Assembly: GCA_038206515.1 (NCBI GenBank)
Contig: JBBRAT010000001.1
Location: 40,089-104,088 of the forward strand
Length of the DNA: 64,000 bases
Direction: 5' to 3'
Source: Anaerolineales bacterium
GTDB lineage: Bacteria > Chloroflexota > Anaerolineae > Anaerolineales > Anaerolineaceae
Positions 63,363-64,000 of this stretch are shown here, piece after piece. The notes beneath the pieces are model-generated. The model was given only the letters and a program-made list of their open reading frames with translations, was not told the DNA's origin and did no database searches. A program made the translations under genes and the position numbers. How positions within the stretch are numbered: the stretch's first letter is position 1; every line of letters starts with the position of its first letter.

Positions 63363-64000
63363 ATGCAAACTTCTATGACCAAGCGAATTGTTCCCCTGTT
63401 CGTCAGCTTGGCTGTGATAGCGATCATGGGATTGGCTTTGGCGGCATGTAGTACGGCCACCACCCCCGCGCCCACGACTGCCCCACAGTCAACCGATACG
63501 GTCGCTGCGCCCACAGCGTCCGCTACGACTGCCGCAACTGCCACTACGGCAGCCACGGCGACTTCTGCGGCAACGGCGACAACTGCCGCCACCGCAACCA
63601 CAGCAGCTACGGCGACTGTGGCGGCTCCCAAACCGACTGCCACCCAGGTGCCTTTCACTGCCCAGATTAAAATCCTGCCGATTAACCCTGACCAGAAGGT
63701 CATGGTGAAAAAGGTAGATGACGCGACCAAGAGCATCCCGCTCTTCACCACGGGCAAAAATGTTGTTCCCCCAGGTGTACCGCAGTATTTAGCAGCGGGC
63801 GCTGTCAGCCTGGCGAAAGATGCCAAGATTGCTAAAGCGGACTGGAAACTGACCGCCAAGCCTTCTGGCTCGAATGCCACTCTGGCTGCCTCTACTGCTG
63901 ATCCGAAGACCGGTGTGCCCGCGGGCGCGTTTGTATTCACCCCCGATATGGTGGGTGAATACACCGTCAACGTTGTTGTTACTGACAATGCCGGAAAAGC
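63363..64000 (+). CDS. Lipoprotein with a long Ala/Thr-rich low-complexity linker. Partial; continues past the window end.
   Basis: RBS AGGAG, then MQTSMTKRIVPLFVSLAVIAIMGLALAAC (signal peptide plus lipobox), then AT-repeat linker and a beta-rich domain. The ORF track shows only the antisense shadow (63269-63988, minus strand). Confidence 0.6.
   Translation, partial: MQTSMTKRIVPLFVSLAVIAIMGLALAACSTATTPAPTTAPQSTDTVAAPTASATTAATATTAATATSAATATTAATATTAATATVAAPKPTATQVPFTAQIKILPINPDQKVMVKKVDDATKSIPLFTTGKNVVPPGVPQYLAAGAVSLAKDAKIAKADWKLTAKPSGSNATLAASTADPKTGVPAGAFVFTPDMVGEYTVNVVVTDNAGK

Noticed and set aside
63269-63988. 239-aa minus-strand ORF with a VAVAAVVAVAA repeat
   Set aside because: Antisense shadow of the plus-strand Ala/Thr-rich lipoprotein, which has an RBS, signal peptide and lipobox. 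The low-complexity repeat keeps both frames open.
1-64000. Search for tRNA, rRNA or tmRNA genes and integrase/transposase genes
   Set aside because: No cloverleaf-like GC-rich 75-90 nt intergenic segments, no rRNA-like blocks, and no recombinase motifs were seen. All sizeable intergenic regions were read by eye. A tRNAscan/Infernal run would be needed to be certain.

Overview
This is a 64 kb chromosomal window, GC-rich (estimated by eye at about 55-58%), most likely from a Chloroflexota-type bacterium. That assignment is an inference from a 'YYY' GT-C-like membrane protein, Ala/Thr/Pro-rich lipoprotein linkers, and frequent TTG/GTG start codons. No tRNA, rRNA or CRISPR array was found. Most of the window is core metabolism and housekeeping: gap-pgk, rpsT, argS, obg-nadD, queF plus a YhhQ-family queuosine-precursor transporter, malQ, pstS, a fur-feoB-feoA iron-uptake operon, and rnhA. 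It also carries a substantial set of signalling genes: a Ser/Thr kinase with a divergent FHA-wHTH regulator, a GAF/PAS histidine kinase, a GAF-GAF-HD-GYP phosphodiesterase, an orphan receiver domain, a TPR-SARP regulator and an RpiR regulator.

The most unusual region is 29.6-39.7 kb. It is a tightly packed seven-gene plus-strand operon driven by a perfect consensus sigma70 promoter (TTGACT-17-TATAAT). It encodes, in order: a lid-less Hsp70-like ATPase; an SPFH (band-7) protein with a C-terminal RWD/UBC-like domain; three membrane-anchored zinc-ribbon paralogues with degenerate J-like domains (the two clearest show HPD replaced by FDP), interleaved with a zinc-ribbon/TPR membrane protein that has no J-like domain; and a 1015-aa HerA/FtsK-superfamily P-loop ATPase. 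A lower-GC island at 39.7-42.3 kb follows, with acidic disordered proteins, an HExxH protein, a STAS-like protein and AT-rich intergenic DNA. A radical-SAM/HhH protein sits immediately upstream of the operon. I could not recognise this as any described system. It looks like a membrane-associated Hsp70/J-like/ATPase module, possibly a conflict or defence system or a membrane-remodelling system.

Outside that region, the most notable signal is a roughly 105-nt intergenic element present twice (7231-7335 and 19288-19390). It has a conserved about 50-nt core and outer stems that differ between the copies by compensatory base changes, which argues for a conserved structure (a small RNA or a mobile-hairpin family). 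The window also has several unusually long perfect stem-loops at gene ends, with 24-29 bp stems.
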